The notes under the pieces: model-generated
Told to the model about the DNA's origin: nothing
What the model saw: only the letters and a program-made list of their open reading frames with translations
Database searches by the model: none
Source: Candidatus Gottesmanbacteria bacterium
GTDB lineage: Bacteria; Patescibacteriota; Microgenomatia; UBA10105; UBA927
Assembly (NCBI GenBank): GCA_963809665.1
Contig: CAWEKC010000004.1
Coordinates: 37,172-101,171 of the forward strand
Reading direction: 5' to 3'
Length of the DNA stretch: 64,000 nucleotides
Part shown: positions 55,521 through 64,000 of the stretch, in pieces
Numbering within the stretch: position 1 is the stretch's first letter
Layout: each line of letters starts with the position of its first letter
Program-made: the position numbers and the translations under genes

Positions 55521-57785
55521 ATGACCAAAAAATATGTGGTTTGGTTTCGCGATGTCGGAAAAGAGGATGTTGCCATTGTCGGAGGAAAGGGCGCCAATCT
55601 GGGGGAAATGACACAGGCGGGATTTCCCGTACCACCCGGATTTATCGTCACCGTGCATGCATATACGGAGTTTATTGACCGGTCAAATCTGAAAGAAAAA
55701 ATATCCGCACTGCTGACTACCGTTAATGTCAACAATTCAAAAAATCTTGACACGGTTGCAAAAAAAATCCAGGCATTGATTACACAGGCAGAATTTCCCC
55801 GGGACATTGCCCTGGACATCATCCGCGCATATTTCCGTTTGGGCGCAGGTATAATCAAACACCCCGTCGTGGCCGTACGATCATCTGCTACAGCCGAGGA
55901 TCTGCCCGGCGCATCATTTGCAGGACAACAGGCAACGTTTTTGAACGTTCAGGGTGAAGCAAACCTTATCGAAAACGTAAAAAAAGCATGGGCATCACTG
56001 TTTACGGCGCGCGCCATATTCTACCGTGCTACGAATCATTATGACCATTTTAAAATCGGTATCGCCATACCCGTACAGAAAATGGTTGAATCGGAAAAAT
56101 CAGGCATTATGTTTACGATCGATCCGGTAACGAACGACAAGTCCAAAATTGTTATTGAGGCAATTTACGGACTCGGCGAGATGATTGTTCAGGGAGCGGT
56201 AACGCCTGATCATTACGAGGTTGATAAAAAAACCGGTACTATAATTAAAAAAGAGGTTCATATTCAGGAAAAACAAATGCGAAGGCACGGAATTGATAAT
56301 GAAAATATTTTACTGGACAAGAAAGAAGGCGGTAAACAAAAACTAAGCGATATAGAAATCGTAACGCTGGCCAAAATCGGACAGAAACTGGAGAAACACT
56401 ACTATTTTCCGCAGGATGCCGAATGGGCGATTGAAAAAGGCGTCACATACATTGTCCAGACGCGGCCGGTAACGACGACCGGAAAAAAAGAGCAAAAAAC
56501 ATTCAGCCAAAATTCCCGGGCGGTCCTCATCGCAAAAGGGGATGCGGCAAGCCCCGGTATTGGGAGCGGACCGGTCAGGATACTCGGAAGCGCGAAGGAA
56601 ATCGGAAACATACGGACCGGAGATGTCCTGGTTGCCCAACAAACCAATCCCGATTTTGTCCCTGCGATGCGTAAAGCCGTCGCTATAGTAACTGAACGGG
56701 GTGGGAGGACGTCACATGCGGCAATCGTATCCCGTGAACTGGGAATACCCGCGGTGGTCGGCGCCAAAAATGTACGGAGCTTACTACGCGACGGGCTTGT
56801 CATTACGGTCAACGGCTCTACCGGTGAAGTATTTAAAGGCGCGGTGCATATAGCACAAACAAAGACTACACGATCAGGCGACCCGGTCCGTACTGCGACC
56901 AAAGTCTATGTAAATTTAGCAGAGCCGAGCCGGGCTGGGGCAGTTTCAGTAATGAACGCGGACGGTGTAGGTTTACTGCGGGCTGAATTTATGATTGCGG
57001 ACATCGGTACGCACCCGAAAAAACTGATCGAAGATAAAAAACAAAAACTTTTTGTCGATACGCTCGCAACAGAGCTTGAAGTATTCTGCAAATCATTTGC
57101 GCCGCGTCCGGTTGTGTACCGTACAACCGATTTTAAGACGAACGAGTACCGCGCCCTGAAAGGCGGTGCCGCATTTGAGCCGGAAGAACCTAATCCGATG
57201 CTGGGTTTCAGGGGGGCCGCACGGTATATTGTTGACCCGCGCGTATTTGAACTTGAACTTGAGGCCATAAAAACCGTCCGGAATAAAATGGGATATAAAA
57301 ATCTCCACATGATGATCCCGTTTGTCCGTACGCCTAAGGAGCTCGCTGACGTCAAAAAAATCATATCGGCCAATGACCTGACCCGGTCCGGTTCATTTAA
57401 ACTGTGGCTTATGGTGGAAATTCCGACAAACGTTATCCGCATTGATGACTTTTTAGATGCCGGCATCGACGGTGTTTCCATAGGGTCAAATGACCTCACC
57501 ATGTTAATGCTGGGCACGGACCGCGACAACAGCGATGTCGCCCATGATTTTTCGGAACTGGATCCGACACTCCTGTGGGCATTCGAACATGTCATCACGG
57601 CATGCAACAAACGCGGAATCACAAGCTCCATGTGCGGACAGGCGCCGTCAGATTATCCCGAACTGGTAGAGAAACTTGTTTCCTGGGGTATAACGAGCGT
57701 ATCCGTCAATCCGGACGCCCTGGATAACGTCCGTGAAACTATAGCGGCGGCAGAAAGGAGACTGGTCCATGTACATGGACGCTAA
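55521..57785 (+). CDS. ppsA: phosphoenolpyruvate synthase (pyruvate, water dikinase)
   Basis: 754 aa with an N-terminal ATP-grasp-type PPDK_N domain, a central phosphohistidine domain (GGRTSHAAIVSRELGIP), and a C-terminal PEP-utilising TIM barrel. Confidence 0.95.
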   Translation: MTKKYVVWFRDVGKEDVAIVGGKGANLGEMTQAGFPVPPGFIVTVHAYTEFIDRSNLKEKISALLTTVNVNNSKNLDTVAKKIQALITQAEFPRDIALDIIRAYFRLGAGIIKHPVVAVRSSATAEDLPGASFAGQQATFLNVQGEANLIENVKKAWASLFTARAIFYRATNHYDHFKIGIAIPVQKMVESEKSGIMFTIDPVTNDKSKIVIEAIYGLGEMIVQGAVTPDHYEVDKKTGTIIKKEVHIQEKQMRRHGIDNENILLDKKEGGKQKLSDIEIVTLAKIGQKLEKHYYFPQDAEWAIEKGVTYIVQTRPVTTTGKKEQKTFSQNSRAVLIAKGDAASPGIGSGPVRILGSAKEIGNIRTGDVLVAQQTNPDFVPAMRKAVAIVTERGGRTSHAAIVSRELGIPAVVGAKNVRSLLRDGLVITVNGSTGEVFKGAVHIAQTKTTRSGDPVRTATKVYVNLAEPSRAGAVSVMNADGVGLLRAEFMIADIGTHPKKLIEDKKQKLFVDTLATELEVFCKSFAPRPVVYRTTDFKTNEYRALKGGAAFEPEEPNPMLGFRGAARYIVDPRVFELELEAIKTVRNKMGYKNLHMMIPFVRTPKELADVKKIISANDLTRSGSFKLWLMVEIPTNVIRIDDFLDAGIDGVSIGSNDLTMLMLGTDRDNSDVAHDFSELDPTLLWAFEHVITACNKRGITSSMCGQAPSDYPELVEKLVSWGITSVSVNPDALDNVRETIAAAERRLVHVHGR

Positions 57786-59046
57786 AATTTATTCAATAAC
57801 CGCAAAGGAAATACTTGACTCCCGCGGAGATCCGACGGTAGAAACGACGGTTGTCCTCACGAGCGGGTACCGGGGCACCGTATCGGTACCGTCCGGAACA
57901 TCCATAGGTAAATACGAGGCCGTGGAACTGCGCGACGGAGACGAAAAACGCTTCGGCGGTATGGGTGTTCTCAACGCCGTTGGGAATGTGAACACCGCGA
58001 TGAATCAAAAACTGCACGGCATGGATGCCGCTAATCAGGGCCTCATTGATAAAACGATGGTAGATCTTGACGGTACGCCGAATAAAAGCAAACTCGGGGC
58101 CAACGCAATGTTGAGCGTTTCGCTTGCAGCGGCACTGGCCACCGCCAACCACGAGCGGATGCCGCTGTACCGGTATTTAAACACACTCGCCAACAACGGG
58201 AAGGCCGTTCCCATGACCCGGATTCCCACTCCGATATTTAATATTATAAACGGGGGAAAACACGGGGCGGGAAACCTGGATTTTCAGGAGTTTCACCTTA
58301 TTCCGGCAAGTAACAAGCTGTATCATCAGGCACTGCAGATCGGGGCGGAGGTGTATCAGGCGGTCGAAAAGATACTCGTGTACCGGAATGCCGTGCATTC
58401 CGTCGGATATGAAGGAGGTTTTGCACCGAATTTATTCACGAATATCGATGCGATGGAAATACTTCTTGAGGCGGTACGCAATACCCCCTATCGGTTCGGC
58501 GTGGAAGCATTTTTCGGGCTGGACGTTGCCGCCTCCCATTTTAAATCAACACGCGGGTATCAGATCAAAGACCGGTCAACGACATTCCAGACCGATGATT
58601 TTATCGAATATTTCAAAAAACTCCACGAAAAATACCGGTTGTTATTACTCGAAGACCCGCTGGGTGAAGACGATTGGGAAGGATGGGTGAAGATCACCCG
58701 GGAAATGGGAAATGACGTACTTATCGTCGGGGACGACCTGTTGGCAACAAACCCCGAACGTTTGAAGCGCGCAATCAGTGAAAAGGCGTGTTCCGCAATA
58801 TTAGCAAAGCCTAACCAAATCGGTACATTATCAGAATTCCTCGCCGTTATCGTAGAAGCAAAAAAGCATGATATAAAAACGGTGGTTTCCCATAGAAGCG
58901 GGGAGACGAATGACTCATTTGTAGCGGATCTTGCGGTCGCCGTGCAATCAGATTATGTAAAATTCGGCGCTCCCGCACGCGGAGAACGCGTAGCGAAATA
59001 CAACCGGTTACTTCAGATTGAAACCGAATTATTCGGTACGAAGTAG
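57769..59046 (+). CDS. eno: enolase
   Basis: 425 aa (REILDSRGDPTVE..., SHRSGETED-like SHRSGETND). The start could alternatively be 57775. Confidence 0.95.
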   Translation: MYMDAKIYSITAKEILDSRGDPTVETTVVLTSGYRGTVSVPSGTSIGKYEAVELRDGDEKRFGGMGVLNAVGNVNTAMNQKLHGMDAANQGLIDKTMVDLDGTPNKSKLGANAMLSVSLAAALATANHERMPLYRYLNTLANNGKAVPMTRIPTPIFNIINGGKHGAGNLDFQEFHLIPASNKLYHQALQIGAEVYQAVEKILVYRNAVHSVGYEGGFAPNLFTNIDAMEILLEAVRNTPYRFGVEAFFGLDVAASHFKSTRGYQIKDRSTTFQTDDFIEYFKKLHEKYRLLLLEDPLGEDDWEGWVKITREMGNDVLIVGDDLLATNPERLKRAISEKACSAILAKPNQIGTLSEFLAVIVEAKKHDIKTVVSHRSGETNDSFVADLAVAVQSDYVKFGAPARGERVAKYNRLLQIETELFGTK

Positions 59047-59060
59047 CCGATTATCCAAGT

Positions 59061-60698
59061 ATGATAAAACCAATCGCACTTATTATCCTGGACGGGTGGG
59101 GTATCGCGCCTCCCGGCCCCGGCAACGCAATATCGCTTTCCCACCTCACGAGCATTCCCCATTATTGGAACACATATCCGCACACTGAACTCGCTGCCTC
59201 CGGTACGTCCGTGGGTTTACCCCACGGGGAGGACGGAAATACAGAGACCGGACATATTAATATAGGAGCCGGACGTGTGGTCTATCAGGACTTGCCGCGT
59301 ATAAATATGTCGGTAAGCGACGGATCTTTTTTCCAAAACAGCGCATTTTTAGGTGCAATCCGGTATGCGGTACTACATCATTCCAATATTCACCTCATGG
59401 GTCTTTTAAGCGATTCGGGTGTACATGCCAACCGTGAACATCTCTATTCACTCCTGACGCTCATCAAGGTGCAGGCAGCACAGTTGCCGGTATATCTGCA
59501 TCTGTTTACCGACGGCAGAGATTCCTCCCCGTCCGCGGGCAGACGCTTCATCACGGAAGTTGAAGTAAAATGCCAGTCGCTGGGGATAGGAAAAATCGCG
59601 ACAGTCATGGGCAGATACTTCGGCATGGACCGCGACAACCGGTGGGAGCGGACTGAAAAAGCGTATAAGGCGCTGACCGAACCTATTGAACTGCGCGCCC
59701 CGTCTGCCATTGCTGCAATAGAAGCAGCATATAAATCGGGCAAAACCGACGAGTTTGTCGAACCGACAGCCATTACGGATGCAAACGGCAATATTCTGCC
59801 CAGAATCGGGAACCACGACGCCGTGATATTTTACAATTACCGGATTGACCGTCCCCGGCAGCTCACCCGCGCCTTTGTGTTGCCCGATTTTGAAGAACGG
59901 GGTCTCGTCACATCATTTGATCCCTACGCGGTAAAATATTTTCATAAGCACATAGTTGAAGCCGACACCCGTGCACGCCCGTTTAAGCGTGCGGTAGTGC
60001 TTCCGAATATATTCTTTGTTACAATGACGGAATACGAACGTGACCTGCCCTGTACCGTCGCGTTCCCGCCGCAGCCGATTTTTGAAACGCTCGGATCCGT
60101 ATTTTCCGAGTTAAATTTACGGCAGCTTCACGCGGCGGAAACTGAAAAAGAACGGTTCGTTACCTATTATTTCAACGGTCTTAAAGAAGCGGCATTCCCC
60201 GGAGAAGACAGGCTGATCGTACCCTCGCCGAAAGTTGCCCTGTATGACCTGAAACCCGAAATGTCTGCCGTAGAACTCACTGACAAGCTCTTAGAACGCA
60301 TCGCTCTGGATATTTATTCTTTTATCGTCGTAAATTTTGCCAACCCGGATATGGTTGCCCATACAGGAAATATTCCGGCCGCAATCCGCGCATGCGAGGT
60401 GGCGGACGCATGTATAAAAAAACTTGCTTCATCGGTTTTATCCATCGGGGGCACTTGCGTCATAACAGCGGACCATGGTAACGTAGAAGAGATGCTTGGT
60501 CCCAACGGAGAGATGGACACCGAGCATTCGACATATCCGGTACCGTTTATCATGGCTGATCAAACACTGTCCAACTATCCCCATAGCCTTCCCAAAGGCA
60601 AACTAGCGGACATCGCGCCGACGATTCTCTCATTTCGTAAACTTGCCGTCCCATTACCCATGAACGGAAAAAATTTGCTGGCGGATTTGCCGATATAA
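59061..60698 (+). CDS. gpmI: 2,3-bisphosphoglycerate-independent phosphoglycerate mutase
   Basis: 545 aa iPGM (ILDGWG...; metal-binding and phosphotransferase domains). Confidence 0.9.
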   Translation: MIKPIALIILDGWGIAPPGPGNAISLSHLTSIPHYWNTYPHTELAASGTSVGLPHGEDGNTETGHINIGAGRVVYQDLPRINMSVSDGSFFQNSAFLGAIRYAVLHHSNIHLMGLLSDSGVHANREHLYSLLTLIKVQAAQLPVYLHLFTDGRDSSPSAGRRFITEVEVKCQSLGIGKIATVMGRYFGMDRDNRWERTEKAYKALTEPIELRAPSAIAAIEAAYKSGKTDEFVEPTAITDANGNILPRIGNHDAVIFYNYRIDRPRQLTRAFVLPDFEERGLVTSFDPYAVKYFHKHIVEADTRARPFKRAVVLPNIFFVTMTEYERDLPCTVAFPPQPIFETLGSVFSELNLRQLHAAETEKERFVTYYFNGLKEAAFPGEDRLIVPSPKVALYDLKPEMSAVELTDKLLERIALDIYSFIVVNFANPDMVAHTGNIPAAIRACEVADACIKKLASSVLSIGGTCVITADHGNVEEMLGPNGEMDTEHSTYPVPFIMADQTLSNYPHSLPKGKLADIAPTILSFRKLAVPLPMNGKNLLADLPI

Positions 60699-60745
60699 AT
60701 ATGGATAGCGTATCTGTCGGATCCTATGCATCAGGAGGAGGCACT

Positions 60746-61864
60746 ATGAAAACAACAATTTCTGTCATCAAAGCAGATACTGGGTCCGTGGGAGGTCACA
60801 ACCGGCCGAGCGATGCAATGATGGTAAAAGCCACAGAACGTGTTGCGGAAGCCGTCAAAAACGGTCTTCTTTCTGACGGCCGCGTTACGTTTACGGGTGA
60901 CGATATTGCGCTTCTCATGATTCATGCGAAGGGAAAGGATAATCCGGATATCCATAAATTTGCATGGGATACGTTTGTGGAAACGACCAAAATTGCCAAA
61001 TCCCAGGGTTTGTACGGGGCCGGACAGGATCTTCTTAAAGATGCGTTCTCGGGTAATGTCCGCGGTATGGGGCCGGGGTCAGCTGAAATGGAAATCGAAG
61101 AACGGACAGCTGAACCGTTTATTGTTTTTGCCGGAGACAAATGCGGGCCAGGAGTCTTCAATTATCCGCTCTTCAGTTGTTTTGCAGACCCGTACCACAA
61201 CGCCGGGTTACTGCTTGCACCGGAAATGAGAGCAGGGTTCACCTATACCATTATGGATGTGAATCACACGGAAAACGATAAAGTTATTACGTTAAAAGTG
61301 CCGATTGATTATTACGATATTGCAACCCTGCTGCGGGACCCGAACCGCTATATTATCGAGAGTGTTACCGAAAACGCGACGGGTCTTATTGCGGCTGTCG
61401 CATCGACCAGCCGGCTGCATAATATTGCGGGTAAATACGTGGGGAAAGACGATCCTGTTGCTATTGTGCGGACACAGAAACAATTTCCATCAACCGGAGA
61501 AATTCTCTCGCCGTGGGCACTTGCGCACTTTAATCTCGGAGACAACAGGGGAAGCCATCATGTTGCCGTGATGCCGGTAAAGCAAAACACCATTATCTCG
61601 TTTTTTGACGGGCCTACCATTATGTCGGCGGCCGGCTATTGTGTCCACGAAGGGAAACTCACCGAAGCGGTTGACTATTTCGACCAGCCTTTCTGGGATG
61701 TCATCCGTGAAAAAGCCGCCAACAAAACGCTCGACATGCGTGCGCAGGGATTTTTCAACCCGGCCATGGGTCCGTCCGATGAGATGGAATATACGGGCGT
61801 TATGGAGAATCTGAAACGTCTGGATGCACAATTTGTAAAACGGGACGATAAACCAGCCGCATGA
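60746..61864 (+). CDS. fbp: fructose-1,6-bisphosphate aldolase/phosphatase (class V FBPase)
   Basis: Motifs MKTTISVIKADTGS..., GDDIALLMIHAKG, AGQDLLKDAFSGNVRGMGPG, IAGKYVGKDDPVAIVR and GSHHVAVMPV are characteristic of this archaeal-type bifunctional enzyme. A strong GGAGGAGG Shine-Dalgarno sequence lies before the ATG at 60746. Confidence 0.85.
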   Translation: MKTTISVIKADTGSVGGHNRPSDAMMVKATERVAEAVKNGLLSDGRVTFTGDDIALLMIHAKGKDNPDIHKFAWDTFVETTKIAKSQGLYGAGQDLLKDAFSGNVRGMGPGSAEMEIEERTAEPFIVFAGDKCGPGVFNYPLFSCFADPYHNAGLLLAPEMRAGFTYTIMDVNHTENDKVITLKVPIDYYDIATLLRDPNRYIIESVTENATGLIAAVASTSRLHNIAGKYVGKDDPVAIVRTQKQFPSTGEILSPWALAHFNLGDNRGSHHVAVMPVKQNTIISFFDGPTIMSAAGYCVHEGKLTEAVDYFDQPFWDVIREKAANKTLDMRAQGFFNPAMGPSDEMEYTGVMENLKRLDAQFVKRDDKPAA

Positions 61865-63570
61865 AGGCAGACATATACAAAAAATCCGCCAAGGATTGGA
61901 AATTTCCTCCGAATCTCGAGGATTATACCCGTACCCGGAAAAATTTTTCGTGGACGGCGGCGCGAAAGAATGTTGACTGGTTTGACGGGAAACTGAATGC
62001 GGCGTACAACGCGGTAGACCGGCATACGCTCACGTGGCGCAAAAATAAAGTGGCGCTCTACTGGGAAGACGAAGCGGGTAATGAAAAAAAATATACCTTC
62101 GAAGAACTATCTCTCTTATCCAATAAGGTAGGAAACATACTGAAGGATTTCGACGTTCAACGGGGAGACCGGGTATTCATATTCCTGCCGAGAATTCCGG
62201 AACTCTATTTTTGCTTTTTAGGAATTTTAAAGATCGGAGCGATTGCCGGAACTCTGTTTTCCGCATTCCAGGAACAGGCACTCGCGGACAGGCTCGCAAA
62301 CAGCGAAGCAAAAATTCTCATAACAACGAAAGAATTAAAGCCGCGCGTCGATAAAATCCGAAGGCGTCTTCCCGCACTGAAGCATATCCTTGTTGTTGAC
62401 GAACCGTCATTTACTAAAAGTGTCGAGCACGCCAGTGACGAACTGCGCGTCACCCAGATGGATCCTGACGAGTATGCGTTTATGCTCTATACGTCAGGTA
62501 CTACCGGCAAACCGAAAGGCGTTATACACGCACACAGGGCAATCATTCAGGAACACGTAACCGGTTCGTGGGTTCTGGACCTCCGCGATGATGACACGTA
62601 CTGGTGTACGGCAGACCCGGGATGGGTCACAGGTATTGCGTACGAAATACTGGGGAGCTGGAGCAACGGGGTGGCGGCACTTGTGTTCGCCGGACGCTTC
62701 GACCCGAAGCGCTGGTATACCTTGCTTGCCAAATACCGCATTACCGTCTGGTATACCGCGCCGACTGCGATCCGTATGCTTATGGCGGCCGGATCAGCAC
62801 TCGTCAAAGAATTTGATCTTACAAACCTGCGCCATATGGGATCCGTAGGCGAACCGTTGAATCCCGAAGCCATTAAGTGGGGCATCAAAGCATTCGGCAG
62901 GCCGTTTCACGATAACTGGTGGCAGACGGAAACCGGCGCCATCTGTATTGCCAATTACCCGTGCATGGACATTAAAATCGGTTCTATGGGTAAACCAATC
63001 CCGGGACTCACGGCAGATATTGTTGACGACGAAGGACACGAACTTGCACCCGATAAAGAGGGCAATATCGCACTTAAACCGAAGTGGCCCAGCTAGATGC
63101 GCGCCATATGGCGCCGTCCGCAGAAATATAAAAGCTATTTCGTCAACGGATGGTATATATCAGGTGACCGGGGCTGGAAGGATAAAGACGGATATTTTTG
63201 GTTTATCGGCCGGGCGGATGATGTCATTAAAACTTCCGGTGAACGCGTCGGGCCGTTTGAAGTGGAATCGGCGTTGGTTGAGCATCCGGCAGTCGTTGAG
63301 GCCGGCGTTATCGGCAAGCCGGACGCATTACGGGGGGAAATCGTCAAAGCGTTTGTCGTCCTGGAACCGAATACAAAACCGTCTGAAAAACTAAAAGCGG
63401 AACTGTCGGAGTATGTAAAAAAACATCTGGCCGGCCATGCATATCCTCGGGAAATCGAGTTTATCGATAAGCTTCCGAAAACCCGTTCCGGAAAAATAAT
63501 GCGGCGTATTTTAAAAGCAAAAGAAATGGGCCTGCCGGTCGGGGACACTTCTACGCTTGAGGAATATTAA
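61861..63570 (+). CDS. acs: acetyl-CoA synthetase (AMP-forming), interrupted by an in-frame TAG at 63094-63096
   Basis: ORF 61861..63096 (YTSGTTGKPKG, A8 region) and ORF 63097..63570 (A10, PKTRSGKIMRR) are contiguous and in the same frame. The TAG sits where homologues have Gln/Met in the WPGQ/MxR motif (here WPS*MRAIW). Confidence 0.85.
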
Positions 63571-64000
63571 ATAATACGACAAATTCGCCTTTGGGTGTAC
63601 TGAAATGTTTTTGTGCATCAGATATTGATCCTCGCCAAATCTCTTCATGAACTTTCGTCAATTCGCGCGCGATAACAATATCTATAACACCGAGTGTTGA
63701 TTTCATATCTTCCAACGTCGCAGCCAACTTATGCGGGGCGCAGTAGAAAATGATTGTCATCCCGGTGTAAGCCGGGATCTCCTGAAATAATTTCAGTCGC
63801 GCTGATTGCTTTTCCGGCGGATATCCTAAAAATATAAATTTATCCGGGGGCAGGCCGGAGCTCGTAAGAGCCGCCAAAATAGCTGACGGACCGGGGATAC
63901 TTTCGATGCTGATCCCGCGTTTGACGCATTGACGGACCAATCTGAATCCGGGGTCGGAAACGAGCGGCGTTCCTGCATCCGAAACGAGTGCGATGTTTTT
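63551..64000 (-). CDS. rsmI: 16S rRNA (cytidine1402-2'-O)-methyltransferase, 3' part (N-terminus lies outside the window)
   Basis: A tetrapyrrole-methylase fold (...SDAGTPLVSDPGFRLVRQCV...GPSAILAAL...), open to the window end. Confidence 0.75.
   Translation of the reverse strand, partial: KNIALVSDAGTPLVSDPGFRLVRQCVKRGISIESIPGPSAILAALTSSGLPPDKFIFLGYPPEKQSARLKLFQEIPAYTGMTIIFYCAPHKLAATLEDMKSTLGVIDIVIARELTKVHEEIWRGSISDAQKHFSTPKGEFVVLFNIPQA

Overview
This 64 kb window is a densely packed, mostly plus-strand stretch from a streamlined bacterial genome. GC is roughly 45-50%, the standard genetic code is in use (no in-frame TGA in any long core gene), and many neighbouring genes overlap by 4 nt. Core content, in order: glnA (3' end) and gatCAB; a GGDEF diguanylate cyclase; dnaE; a complete F1Fo ATP synthase operon (atpI-like, atpB, E, F, H, A, G, D, C) behind a sigma70-like promoter; a CBS protein; a partial pyrimidine operon consisting of an AsnRS-like/MGS-like fusion protein, pyrD, pyrF, pyrE, an unknown 449-aa protein and pyrG, followed by a phosphoribosyltransferase; a complete purine operon (purF, N, H, D, a fused purSL, purQ, E, C, M); and rplS. 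An accessory locus follows. tRNA-Lys(UUU) is followed by an AbiEii-type toxin with a small upstream partner, a minus-strand operon (coiled-coil protein, CofE-like ligase, secreted phosphodiester glycosidase), and a multiply frameshifted GT4 glycosyltransferase pseudogene. tRNA-Glu(UUC) comes next, with a decayed arsR / thioredoxin-like / truncated-permease cassette bounded by a duplicated copy of the tRNA 3' end. Two 78-nt direct repeats then bracket a small membrane ORF. The remainder is housekeeping: a GT39-type membrane glycosyltransferase, a DEAD-box helicase, a CorC/HlyC transporter, tdk, dinB with a coupled small ORF, a probable SAM-I riboswitch upstream of metK, rarA, a NUDIX hydrolase, an HExxH protein, a holA-like gene, a gluconeogenic/glycolytic block (PMM/PGM, archaeal-type PGI/PMI, PEP synthase, enolase, iPGM, FBP aldolase/phosphatase), acetyl-CoA synthetase, and the 3' part of rsmI. 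Several genes carry single-base lesions: +1 frameshifts in gatB, the GT4 gene and arsR; an in-frame TAG in acs; and an apparent ATA start for purH. Either assembly error or genome decay could explain them. No CRISPR array, rRNA or integrase was found.
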